Shown here: positions 40,235-51,684 of the stretch, in pieces
Position numbering within the stretch: the first letter of the stretch is position 1
How the letters are laid out: each line of letters opens with the position of its first letter
DNA from: Dictyostelium discoideum
Taxonomy: Eukaryota
NCBI GenBank assembly: GCA_000004695.1
Contig: CM000152.2
Location: forward strand, 2,880,001 to 2,944,000
Length of the DNA: 64,000 bases
Direction: 5' to 3'
Notes under the pieces: generated by a model
What the model saw: the letters and a program-made list of their open reading frames with translations, nothing else
The model's database searches: none
Told to the model about the DNA's origin: nothing
Made by a program: the position numbers and the translations under genes

Positions 40235-40934
40235 TATTAAGTATTGTTTCAAAGACACTTAAAGATAGTATTGTTTTTATTATTTTACTTTTATTATTTA
40301 ATTGGTTTTTATTATTTATTTATTATTTAATTGATATTATAAGAGTATTTGAATTATATATGCAAATTTGATTGAATGAATTATGTTTTTAAAATATTTA
40401 GAGAAAAAAAAAAAAAAAAAAAAAAAATTAATGAAAGAGCTATTATATATGAAATTTAATGTTATTACTATGTGTAGCTAACGTGTGTGTGTATGTGTGT
40501 GAGTGTTGCTGTTGTTAGGGTTGGTTGCTTCTGGGAGCGAGAGTTTGAAACAATAAAATAAAAAAAAATAAAAAAAAATAAAAAAAAAATTAAATTAAAA
40601 TATATTTTAAAAAAAAAAAAAGAAAAAAAAAAAAATAAAAAAAAAAAAAAATTTAAAATAAAAAAAAATTAAAATAAATTAAAATAAAAAAAAAAAAAAA
40701 AAATCAAAATATTATTTTTTTAATATATATAATGGCCATTATTCATATTAAATCTTAATATAAATTGTATTAATCCTATTTTTTTTTTTAATGGGATTCT
40801 GAAATTGGGTTATTATTAATTTTGAAACAAAATAATTTTATTTTTAATTTTAAAACAAAATAATTTTATTTAAACAATTTTTAATATATTTTTTTTTTTT
40901 TTTACAATTATAATTGGAAATGATTGGTCATCAA

Positions 40935-40970
<36 letters not shown>

Positions 40971-41031
40971 GATTAATTCTTTTTTTTTTTTTTTTTTTTT
41001 TTTATATGAAAAAAAAAAAAAATTAATTAAA

Positions 41032-41820
41032 TTAATCCTTTAGATTAACTAATTGCCATCTACCATCAATTTTATTGAAATGGACTGGTTTCCATTCATC
41101 AGCATTTTTTCTATGATGAGCTAATTTTCTTTGTTCTTCTTCAACTTTAACTTTTTCTTGGGACATACCTTTGACATCATCTTTTTTGGAAGCATCGAAA
41201 ACACCTTTCCAAACTACAGATGAATCAGTTGGAAGAGTATTGCCATCATCTGGGAAAACAACTTTAGCTGATTCTGTTGGTCTAGTGAAGAATGGGGTAG
41301 TTTCATTGGTTTTCAAATTTGTAATTTTCATATCACCACTCCAAGTTCCTTTAATTTTGTATAGTTTCTCTTTACCTTTATAAACCTTGGATTCAAAACC
41401 ATTGTAAACTCCACCAAATAATGGTTTTGAAGTGTAGGTACTCTTTATTAGATAATCATTCTTGTCACTCTTTAGTATACCTTTACCAACATACTCTGAG
41501 AAGGATCTAAAAATTCTGATTGCCATTGGTGGTGCTACAAATGTAAACTTTTCATCATACTTTTCAAAGGTTATATGACTTTCACCTTCAAATGAAATCT
41601 TTACATAGGTACCCATGAATTGTGATCTTACAGGTAAACAGAATGTACAATTAACACCCTCCTTCTTATTGTAAACTGTTGAACTTGAAATTGGTGGATG
41701 ATGTGAAATTTGTTCAGCAAAGAAATAATTATCTGTAACATCATTACCATCACCATCTTTTACATGAATATTTGCTTGCCATGTTTCTCCTAATATTGGA
41801 TTTAATGGTTTTCTAGTTGT
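41032..41820 (-). CDS. oxysterol-binding protein, exon 3 (OSBP signature EQISHHPPIS)
   Basis: AG acceptor at 41822-41821. RKPLNPILGETWQ...FFAEQISHHPPISS is the canonical OSBP-related-domain fingerprint. The intron holds a ~60-nt pure poly(A) run. Stop at 41032. Confidence 0.8.
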   Translation of the reverse strand, partial: TTRKPLNPILGETWQANIHVKDGDGNDVTDNYFFAEQISHHPPISSSTVYNKKEGVNCTFCLPVRSQFMGTYVKISFEGESHITFEKYDEKFTFVAPPMAIRIFRSFSEYVGKGILKSDKNDYLIKSTYTSKPLFGGVYNGFESKVYKGKEKLYKIKGTWSGDMKITNLKTNETTPFFTRPTESAKVVFPDDGNTLPTDSSVVWKGVFDASKKDDVKGMSQEKVKVEEEQRKLAHHRKNADEWKPVHFNKIDGRWQLVNLKD

Positions 41821-41862
41821 CTAATAAATTTTTTAAAAAATAAAAAAATAATAAAAATTAAG

Positions 41863-41924
<62 letters not shown>

Positions 41925-41985
41925 ATTAATATTATTTTAACTATTATTTATATATTTTTATAAAATTAATTTTTAAAATAATTAC

Positions 41986-42067
41986 ATCTTCTGTTTCTTT
42001 TAAAGTAGTAAATAAGTATCTTTGAACTTGTAACATTCTTTCTAATTCATTATCAATTTTATTTGCC
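41986..42067 (-). CDS. oxysterol-binding protein, exon 2
   Basis: AG acceptor at 42069-42068. KANKIDNELERMLQVQRYLFTTLKETED. GTAATT donor at 41985. Confidence 0.7.
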
Positions 42068-42177
42068 CTAAAAATGAAAAAAATAAAAAAAAATAAAAAA
42101 ATAAAAAATTAAATATTAATATTTTTAGTAAAATTTAATTTAATTAATTTTATAAAAAGGAAATTTCCTTTTTTTAT

Positions 42178-42228
<51 letters not shown>

Positions 42229-42233
42229 ATTAC

Positions 42234-42532
42234 TTTAATAATTCTCCAAAGAATGAAGAAAAATTATCAGAAAAATAACTTAGAGTTGATTTGGCAAGGA
42301 TAAAAGAACCAGGCATTGAAATATTTGAAATATCAGTACCGATACTAACTTTTTTAATCATTTTACCAATTAGAGCAAGTCTTGATGTTCCAGGTTCAGC
42401 ATCATCCATTGCATCAAGATCTTCTTTTGTTAATTGTGGAGCTGGTTTATTTGCATTTTCAGCTGCCAATTTTTCAATTTCAGCTTCATCAACTTCTTCT
42501 TCAACTGATACATTTTTATCTTTTTTACCCAT
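42234..42532 (-). CDS. oxysterol-binding protein (short ORD-only OSBP), exon 1
   Basis: ATG at 42532. GTAATT donor at 42233, phase 2. Confidence 0.75.
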
Positions 42533-42856
42533 TTTTTTTTTAAAATAAAGTGATTTATTTTAATTTCTTTTATATATATATATATATTATTTATTTAATA
42601 GTATTAAAATTATTTTATTTTATTTTATTTTAATAATAAGAAAAAAAACTTTTTATTTATATGTGGAATTATTTTTTTTTTTTTTTATATGAATTTTTTT
42701 TTTTTTTTTTTTTAAATTTGTTAATTATTTTTATATTGTGGATAGATTTATATGAATATATGTTTTTGATGTTATTCTTTTAATTTTATTAATGAATATG
42801 ATTATTTATATTTACAAATTTAACAAAAAAAAAAAAAAAAAAAAAAAATAAATAAA

Positions 42857-42887
<31 letters not shown>

Positions 42888-43709
42888 GATAAAAATAAAA
42901 AAATATAAAAAAAAAAAATTAAACTGTCAGTGGTTATATTTATATTGATATGGGTATTTTAATGAGTATTATCATTTTTTTTTTTATTTTTTATTTATTT
43001 TTTTTTTTTTTTTTTGCCTTGTGGTGAGTGGGGGTAGTAATATCAACTTTATTTATCCAGATAGTAGGTAAAAAAAAAAAAAAAAAAAAAAAAATCATTT
43101 TTTTTTATTGCAATTCAACAAATGTGTTTTTCTGTTTTTTTAAAAAAAATTATTAACATATTTAGAATTATAAAATGGTTTCTATATAGTAATAATATTA
43201 TATATTAAAAAAATTTTTTTAAATTCAATACTTACACATTAAGTTATTCTTAAAAAATAAAAAAAATATAAAATTAAAAACAAAAAAACAAAAAAAAAAT
43301 AATTAATATTTAAAATATGACAACAACATTCGATTTAAATCGAAATCATAATATAATCAAGTTTCTCTATGAAGTGATTTAGTTTAATTTATACAATGGA
43401 AAAAAACACCAATAAATAAACAATTTTTTTTTTTCCAGACTACCCCATTTACCTGTGTAGAACAAACAAAAGAAACTAAATAGAATAAAATTTAGGGGTA
43501 ACCGCTAAAAAAAAAAACACAAATTGTTTGAAAAAAATAAAAAAAAAAAAAAGTTTGTTGCCAATTTTTATTTTTAGAAATACACTATATTTGGATTATT
43601 TTTATTTTTATTTTTATTTTATTTTATTTTTTTTTTTTCTTTTTTTATTTTTGTGATTATTATTATTTTTTTTTTATTTTTTATTTTTTTATTTTTAATT
43701 TATTTTATT

Positions 43710-45013
43710 TTATCTTGAATCTTTTAAATTTTCTAAAATTACTCTTTTTAAAGAATTAAATTTAGTTTCTAATTCTAAAGAGATTTGATATTTTGATTGA
43801 TTAACATTTTCAATAAAGAGTAATTGATGTTGTAATGTTATAGAATGAGCTAAAGATTTAATGATGGATAATTGTTGTTGTTGTTTAATTTCATGATGAT
43901 GAGTAAAGATTAATTCAATGTAAGCGTTAAAGTATTGAGGGAACATTTGAAGAGTATTGGATTTAATTTGATCCAATTTCTCAATGTAAAGAGAGACAGA
44001 TTTTAGAATGATCGATACAAACTCTTGAACGATCAAAAGATGAGGTTTAAAAGCTTCGAAATGGGATTGAATCGAGCAATAGTCGTGATTAACTCTTGAT
44101 AGATTTTGATTTGAAATTTCGATTTTTCTAGAACAATTCTCTATCTGGTTGATTAGACACCACTGATCAAATTGTTTTTTCAATAGGATTTGCTCGTCGG
44201 TAGTTTCCAAAGTGACAGAATTCAAATGGTTCAATTGTTTCTCTAATTTGGTTTTCTCAGTTTCCAATTTATCAAATTCTTTCTTTGCTCTAAATAGCTT
44301 CTCTTCAGTTTCAGTCATTGATTTCTCTAATAGGTCAAACCACCATTTAAAGTATGACTGAATTTGTTGAGAATATAGCTGAATCAATGGTTGCACCTGT
44401 TTCCAATATTTTATTGACTCATCAACGTATAGAAGATCGGTTATTACAGATTCGACATTTTCATTCAACTGTTTTGCTTTATCAATGAATTGTGAGCATT
44501 GATTGATCTCTTTGATCATTACCAATTGTTGTTGTATGAATTCATCAAGATTCGATCTAACTGTACGTACCAACTTTATAGTGGTCAATAGTCTAATGAA
44601 TAAATCATTATTTGTATCCAATTCAAATATTGATGGTAAAACTTTCATAATACTACCAATTGGTAAAACTGGTGATAAAATTAATGCTAAAACTTTTTCA
44701 TACAATTTAGTTGTTTCAATTAAATTACCTGATGAATTTGAAAATGTTAATGCTGGGCTTGAATTTGAACCAATTAAACTTGGTGAGTTATTTGAATTAT
44801 TATTATTACTACTACTGCCACTATTTGCAAATTGTCTTTGAATTGACTGAATTGCACCACCACTTGTATTTAATAAATTATTAACACTTGAATCTCTTGA
44901 ACTTGGTGTACCACCACTAAATGATAATGAATATCCTGATCTATTTACAATTGTTGGTGATAAATTTGGTGAACTTGATAATGATGACCCACTACTACTA
45001 CTACTATTACTAC

Positions 45014-45065
<52 letters not shown>

Positions 45066-45801
45066 GTTTATATTATTTCCGTCTTTGCTTGAACTTAAAA
45101 AATTTGGTGAAAAAAGTGCGTTTGATGATAAAGATAATGAATTTGCTATATTTCCAGTTGACAAACTGTTACGCTGTGATGGTGATGGTGATGATGTTAA
45201 CGATGATGGTGTTGATTGTTGTTGTTGTGATGATGATAATGTTGATGGTGATAATGTTGTCGGTGATATATTAGTATTATTAGTATTATTATTATTACTA
45301 TTATTTATATTATTATTATTATTATTATTTTCTTTTTGATTATTTTGATTATTTTGATTATTTTTAATTTCTAATGTACATTCAACTATAGAGTTTATAA
45401 TTGTTTTTATAATTTCAGGTTTAAATAAAGAATTATTTGCAGTTTCACGTTCTTTTGTAACTCTTATCCAATGATCTATTATATAAGGTATACGAGAACC
45501 ACGTAAACATTGTTGAGCTTGATCAATGATGATTAAATCCTCCATTAATGGATACTGTTTCATTATTGTTGGTAATAATCTAATCATATCTTCAACGATT
45601 TCATCATTACCAATTTCACCACGTGTTAAAATATTTGGTGCAAATACTATCGCTAAATTCTTTTCACCCATTGCATTCTGTTTTTGATATTTAATTTGAC
45701 TATATGAAATCTCTTGTAAAAATGATAATAAATAAATTAACAATTGTCTATTTTCTAATGGTAATTTTTCAATCCATTCTAAAATTAAATTTTCAATTTT
45801 A

Positions 45802-45833
<32 letters not shown>

Positions 45834-47311
45834 TGGATTTGAAGAATTTGAATTTGAATTTATATTATTATTATGAAAATTTAAAATATCTTTTTCATAT
45901 TTTTGACATAATTGTGTTGTTAATAATGGTTCTGGTAAAGTTTTTAAATAACGTTTTATTATATCAGCAGCATCGTATGGTTCATATTTATTAATTGGGA
46001 AAATTTCATTTGAATCTAATCTTTTTTCTAAATCATCACATCTTGCCATTGAACCTGATAGCCTAAATAAACCTTCAGCTTTTGAATTTTCACCACGTAA
46101 ATAATTTACAAGTTTTCTAAAAAATAATGGTGCAGGTGATCCAATATTATCCTTTCTTCTCATGCTTTCTGCAATATCCACTCTAAAATTACCAGGTTCA
46201 ATAATCGCACCACTACTTTTACCCCATGAATAAACTGATAAAACATTTCTACCTTCTAATTGATAAACATTATTAAATTGTAATGTTGATTTCTTTGTAG
46301 TAGTGGTGGTGTTGGTGGTGGGGGTAGTAGTACCACTACTTGAATTTATATTTGGTGAACTATTAACATCCAATTTATGTGATAATTGATTATCTTCACT
46401 ATTACCCCAACTAAATATTTCACCCTTTTCTGATAAAACTAAAATGTGACTTGTTGAAGCTGAAATTTGTTTGATTTTATTTGGAAAATTAATGAATTTA
46501 TCATCACCTATTCTACAAACTTGTTCGTTTGAACCCCAAACACAAACATTGCCAACACCTGATCTAGCGGCGATATAGTTTTTGGTGCATGATAACTCTA
46601 CGATATCACGACCTAGAAATGGTTTGACGGGTATAGAGATGATTTCATCGCTATTGTTTGAACAAATTTGTCTACTCTTATTATAACCCCACACAAACAC
46701 TTCATTACCTTCGACAATGGCTGCTGTAAACTCTTCGCCGCAACAGACTGATATCGCTTTACTGCCCAATGTGACACGACGTGGCGCATTGGTGATCGAG
46801 TCTCCCACGACCCCCAACTGGCCCTTACGGTTGGTGCCCCATGTATAAACGGATCGTTTCTCTGGTGTAGTAGGCGAGTCGGCTACAACCGCACAATGAT
46901 TAATACCAATCGATACACATGTCACACCTTTCAATAGGTCGACCTTGGTTGGCGACTCTGTGCATTTGCCACCCTCAATTAGTGTGCCCCATACATAGAG
47001 TAGCCCATTCTCCATTATTGCCGCTGAGAAATTACCACCACATGATATGGATTTCACTCTTTGATTTGGTATCACTTGAATTTTAATGGGTTTGTCAATA
47101 CTTGTTATCGCTTTATTACTAGATAATTGATGATGTCTATTATCTCCCCATCCATATAATTCTCCTGTCTCTGTTAATGCTAAACTATGGTTATATCCAT
47201 TATCCATAAAACATATATTTGGTATTAAGGGATTAAATGTTGGTTTACCACTAAATTTATCACCCCAACAATATAATACACCTTGTGGTAATGAAATATT
47301 TTCTTGAGATT
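43710..47311 (-). CDS. RCC1-repeat + RhoGAP domain protein, main exon
   Basis: Six or more RCC1-type blades (YGWGDNRHHQLS..., VYTWGTNRKGQLG..., VFVWGYNKSRQ..., EIFSWGNSEDNQLS). The RhoGAP core is AEGLFRLSGSMARCDDL...DAADIIKRYLKTLPEPLL...NLAIVFAPNI. Coiled-coil C-terminus. Stop at 43710. Confidence 0.7.
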
Positions 47312-47465
47312 CTAAAATAAAATTAAATAATAAAATAAATATTCAAATTTGGTGTGTGATGGGGTGGAGTGTGGGGTGGAGAATGTGGGGGTAAATAAAA
47401 AAAAATATATTAATAAAAATTTTAAAATATATATATTTTTTAATATTTAAATATAAAATTCTTAC

Positions 47466-47475
47466 TTTTTGTCAT
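47466..47475 (-). CDS. RCC1-repeat + RhoGAP protein, 10-nt first coding exon (ATG ACA AAA A)
   Basis: ATG followed by a GTAAGA donor. The 154-bp intron ends at TTTTAG 47313-47312, and the frame joins SQENISLPQGVLYCWGDKFSG upstream of the track ORF start. Confidence 0.4.
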
Positions 47476-48069
47476 TATTGTTTTTTTATTTTATTTATTT
47501 ATTTATTTATTTATAAAACTATAATGTTAAATTCAAAAAAAAAAAAAAAAAAAAGATAAACTAATGTTATTTAAAATAATTTTTTTTTTTTTTTTTTTTC
47601 TTTTTTTTTTTGTTTTTTTGTTTTTTTTTTTTTTTTTTTTTGTTTTGATGGTTTATATTTTGTTTTTTATTTTTTATTGATTTAAGTAAAACATAATTTG
47701 TTTACAAAAGTTGATTTAGGTTTGTTGGGTTTTTTTGTTTTTTGGAATTGAAAAAAAAAAAAAAAAAAAAAAAAAAATAATAAAAAAAAAAAATATTGAA
47801 AAAAAAAAAAAAAAAAATTGAAAAAAATTAAAATAAAAAAAAAAAAAAAAAAAAAAAAGATAACGATAGTTTGTTATTTGATGGGATACTACAAAATAAT
47901 ATGAGGTGATTTTATTTGTGCAACCAAAATAATAAATTGTATGAAAATAAAAAAATATAAATATAAATATAATAATAATATTATTATTTTAATAATTCGA
48001 TCCAATATCAAGAAATTAAGAGTGTATCATACATAATTAAAAGCCTGTAAATAATGGTGTGGTGGTTGG

Positions 48070-48105
<36 letters not shown>

Positions 48106-48607
48106 AAAATAAATAATTAGTGTTGGTGTTTGATTTCGTTGATAAAAATAGATTAATTAATTAATTTAAAAATAGAATTAATAAAAAAAAAAATAAAAAA
48201 AATAAAATAAAAAAAATAAAAAAAAAAAATCAGAAACTGGGGAAAGTTTATTAAAACATAACTTTGATATTAAAGTAAAATATAATTATAACTGATCTAC
48301 ACCCCACTTTTATTTTTTTTTAATATTTTTTAATATTTTTTTTTTTTTGTCTTTTTTTCTAGATATTATTATCATAAAATCATATCACAATAAATAATTT
48401 TCACCCAAAAGAAAAAAAAAAAAAAAAAAATAACAACAAGCAACAATTTATTCAAAAAGCAAGAATCACCTATATTACCCTTCCTAATAGTTTTATAGAT
48501 AGTTTTAATAAAATTGTTTACCAGATTTTTTTTAGAGAATATTAAAAAATAAAATTTTTTTTTTTTATTTTATTTTTTTTTATATCTTTTAATTTAATTT
48601 TTTTATT

Positions 48608-48745
48608 TTATATTATATTATTTTATATTATATTATATTATATTATATTATATTATATTATATTATATTATATTATATTATATTATATTATATTATATTA
48701 TATTATATTATATTATATTATATTATATTATATTATATTATATTG
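48608..48745. repeat. (TATTA)n pentanucleotide microsatellite, about 27 units
   Basis: Perfect tandem tattatattatatta... Confidence 0.9.
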
Positions 48746-48842
48746 TATTTTTTTTTATTTATTTTTTTTTTTCCAAATAACCTACTTTTTTTTATTTATT
48801 TTTTTTTTCCAGATTATCTACTTTTTTTTTTTTTTTTAAAAG

Positions 48843-49100
48843 TCAACATCAATTTATCAAAAATACCTTTAGAATAATCAACAACACAATCTCCAATTGT
48901 TGGCTAACATTTTTCTAATTGACACAATAGCCCAAAACCAAGAATTCCTATTGTAATTTTAGGTAGACATTTCAATGGAATATTAGTACAACCAATTTCT
49001 TTACCGCATTTATCAATTGTACATAAATTATTATAATCACAGGTAATATCACCAATACACTGATTTAAATTTTTAATATTATCATCATTAATTCCTAAAT
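48843..49100 (-). pseudogene. decayed fragment of a PA14/CTDC-family C-terminal exon (in-frame stop inside the ICQLEKC-like motif)
   Basis: Reverse strand reads NLCTIDKCGKEIGCTNIPLKCLPKITIGILGFGLLCQLEKC(stop)PTIGDCVVDYS. This matches the 3-prime exon of the intact copies. Confidence 0.5.
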
Positions 49101-49297
49101 TAATATTATAAATTTATTTAATAATTTTTTTATTTTTTTTATTTTTTTTAATTTTAAAAAATTCACTATATCCATAATTTGATTCTTCACTATATTTTTT
49201 TTTTTAAAAAAATTATTAAAACTATTATAAAAAATAACTTCATTTTAAAAATAAGATTAATAAAACAATTAATATACTTAATAATAATAAAAAAAAA

Positions 49298-49355
<58 letters not shown>

Positions 49356-49659
49356 TCCCATATTAATTTTACTCCACCCCAAATAATTGTCAATAATGTT
49401 TATATTACTTTGACCCACCAAACCCACCACCAACAACACCACCACCACTCAAAATTACAACATAGTTTTTGTTATTTGGTTATTTTATTGGAATATTAAA
49501 TTTCCGTTTATTTTAATTTTCAAAATCAATTTTTTTTTTTTTTTTTTCAAATAATTAAAATTAAATAGATTAATAAAAAATAAAAATAATGTAAGTTCAC
49601 AATTTTTTTATTAATTATTACTATCATTTATTTTTTATTTTTATTTTTTTAGATTTTAT

Positions 49660-49840
49660 TTGTAATGATATACTAAATGATCAAGAAAACCACCAGAGTA
49701 ATCAATAACACAATCTCCACTAGTTGGCTCACATTTTTCTAATTGACAAATAAATCCAAGATCTAATAAACCAATAGTTTTCTTTGGAGGACATTTTCTA
49801 GTTGAAAGAAAAAAAAGTTTACACTTTCCAGTGGATTAAA
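49660..49840 (-). pseudogene. truncated duplicate of the 3-prime end of the 52544-53256 exon (CPPKKTIGLLDLGFICQLEKCEPTSGDCVIDYSGGFLDHLV)
   Basis: Near-identical to 52560-52720, but lacks the upstream exons. It is part of a duplicated block that also carries the fragment at 48843-49100. Confidence 0.5.
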
Positions 49841-50051
49841 TTGTAAAGCACTAAAATGTGTAAATGATAATAAAAATAAAAATAAAAATAATAATAAAAA
49901 TAAAAATAAAAATAAAAATAAAAATAATAATAATAATAATAATTAATAAAAAAAATGAAAGTTCAAAATTTTTTGGAATTGTATATTTTTTTAAAAAATA
50001 TTTAATTATTATTATTTATTGTGAAGTAAATTAATTTGAAAAAAATATTTT

Positions 50052-50722
50052 TTAGCAAAGTAAAATTTCTAAAAGTCCTTTTAAAAAATCAGGAACGCAA
50101 TTACCAGAATATGGTTCACATTTTTCATTTTGACAAATAATACCAATTCCTAATAAATCAATAGCTTTCTTTGGTGGACATTTTATTTCTGGTAATGGTT
50201 CACATTTTCCATTTTTAACGTTACAAGAATTTGGTTTACATTTATTTGAATTATCACATTCTATCGGGGTATGTGTACAATAATTGTTAATTTTTGAACC
50301 TGCTGGAGTTTTATTTGATGGGAATGCGCAAGCATCAATTGTACATGGATTATTATCATTACAATCTATTTCAGGTACACATTGTGGTGGTGTTGTTGGT
50401 GGTTCTGTTGGTGGTTTTGTTGGTGGTTCTGTTGGTGGTCTTTTTGGTGGTTCTGTTGGTGGTTCTGTTGGTGATTCTGTTGGTGGTCTTGTTGGTGGTT
50501 CTGTTGGTGGTCTTGTTGGTGGTTCTGTTGGTGGTGGTCTTGTTGGTGGTTCTGTTGGTGGTGGTCTTGTTGGTGGTTCTGTTGGTGGTGGCCTTGTTGG
50601 TGGTCTTGTTGGTGGTCTTGTTGGTGGTCTTGTTGGTGGTTTTGTTGGTGGTTTTGTTGGTGGTTTTGTTGGTGGTCTTGTTGGTGGTGGACAAACATCA
50701 TCATTAACCCCTGGAATATTAT
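50052..50722 (-). CDS. psi-like copy 1, exon 4 (Pro/Thr-rich PPT(R/K)PPTEPP linker, then Dicty_CTDC Cys-rich repeats NPCTIDAC)
   Basis: AG acceptor at 50724-50723. Stop at 50052. Confidence 0.65.
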
Positions 50723-50814
50723 CTTTTTTTTTTTTTTTTTTCAAATTAATCAATATTTTAAAATTTTAAATTTTCATAACAGAAATTCCATTTTTGGAAA
50801 AAAATAATACATAC

Positions 50815-51093
50815 TGCATTGAAATACAAATGGTGTATCAAATTGGAGATAAACAAATGGTTTATTTTGATCAAATCTTTGGCACATAAAGAAATCAAAT
50901 GGATAAGTTTTGCCAACTTCAAGATTTAAGTTTTTATGATTAACTGCGGAATCAGGATTACTAGTACCTGCAAATTCAAATGCCAATTTACCATCGATAA
51001 ATACTGATAAATCACCTCCTGCATACAATGAAAAGAAATCAGATGTTTTTTTACTTACTTGATATTTGAATTTATAATGTCCTTCAATGCACC
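50815..51093 (-). CDS. psi-like copy 1, exon 3 (PA14 core: YAGGDLSVFIDGKLAFEFAG...GKTYPFDFFMCQRFDQNKPFVYLQF)
   Basis: AG acceptor at 51095-51094. GTATGT donor at 50814. Confidence 0.65.
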
Positions 51094-51177
51094 CTATAAT
51101 TATTAATATAAAAAAAAAAAAAAAAAAAAATATTAATAATTAATATTTTTTAAATATTATTTTTGATAAAAGCTTAC

Positions 51178-51395
51178 AATATCTATTCTCACCAGATACA
51201 CCTTCATTCCAACCTTTTCCATTAATTGGAGTAAATGGTTTTAGAGTAACAGCATATTTAACTTTTCCATTTGAATAATGGACTGGATTAAAAGTGAATG
51301 TATTGATTACAGTTTTTGATATTCCAGGTTTTCCCATAAAAGATTGATCATATTCTTTTTGGTTGGAAATAAAATTAAATTTTCTATTTCCACAA
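51178..51395 (-). CDS. psi-like copy 1, exon 2 (PA14 N-terminal half)
   Basis: AG acceptor at 51397-51396. GTAAGC donor at 51177. Confidence 0.6.
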
Positions 51396-51469
51396 CTATC
51401 AAATTAAAAAAAAAAAAAAAATTAAAAATTAACAATAATTATTATTATTATTAAATAATTATTACATAC

Positions 51470-51684
51470 CAATATTCAGGTTTATGAGTTTTTGGATTTA
51501 ATAGTTTTTTAACTAAACCAGTTGATTTGATTGATTTATCATTTGAATATTTAGTATAGTTGATATTAAATCCAGGTTGCGATGGCAAAAAGTCATAAAC
51601 TTTATATGGAACATTGAATTTTTGGGAAAAGGACGAACATATAAATAAACTTAAAAATAAAATTAAAATTAAAACTTTTTTCAT
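51470..51684 (-). CDS. PA14 + Dicty_CTDC secreted protein (psi / prespore-cell-inducing-factor-like), copy 1, exon 1 (signal peptide)
   Basis: ATG at 51684. MKKVLILILFLSLFICSSFS is a signal peptide. GTATGT donor at 51469, phase 2. Confidence 0.65.

Noticed and set aside
50284-50769. Plus-strand ORFs with (GGSV)n / (LLVV)n and minus-strand alternative-frame ORFs 50366..50704 and 50371..50694
   Set aside because: All are alternative frames or antisense of the Pro/Thr linker minisatellite of psi-like copy 1. Only the frame continuous with the spliced PA14 exons is meaningful.
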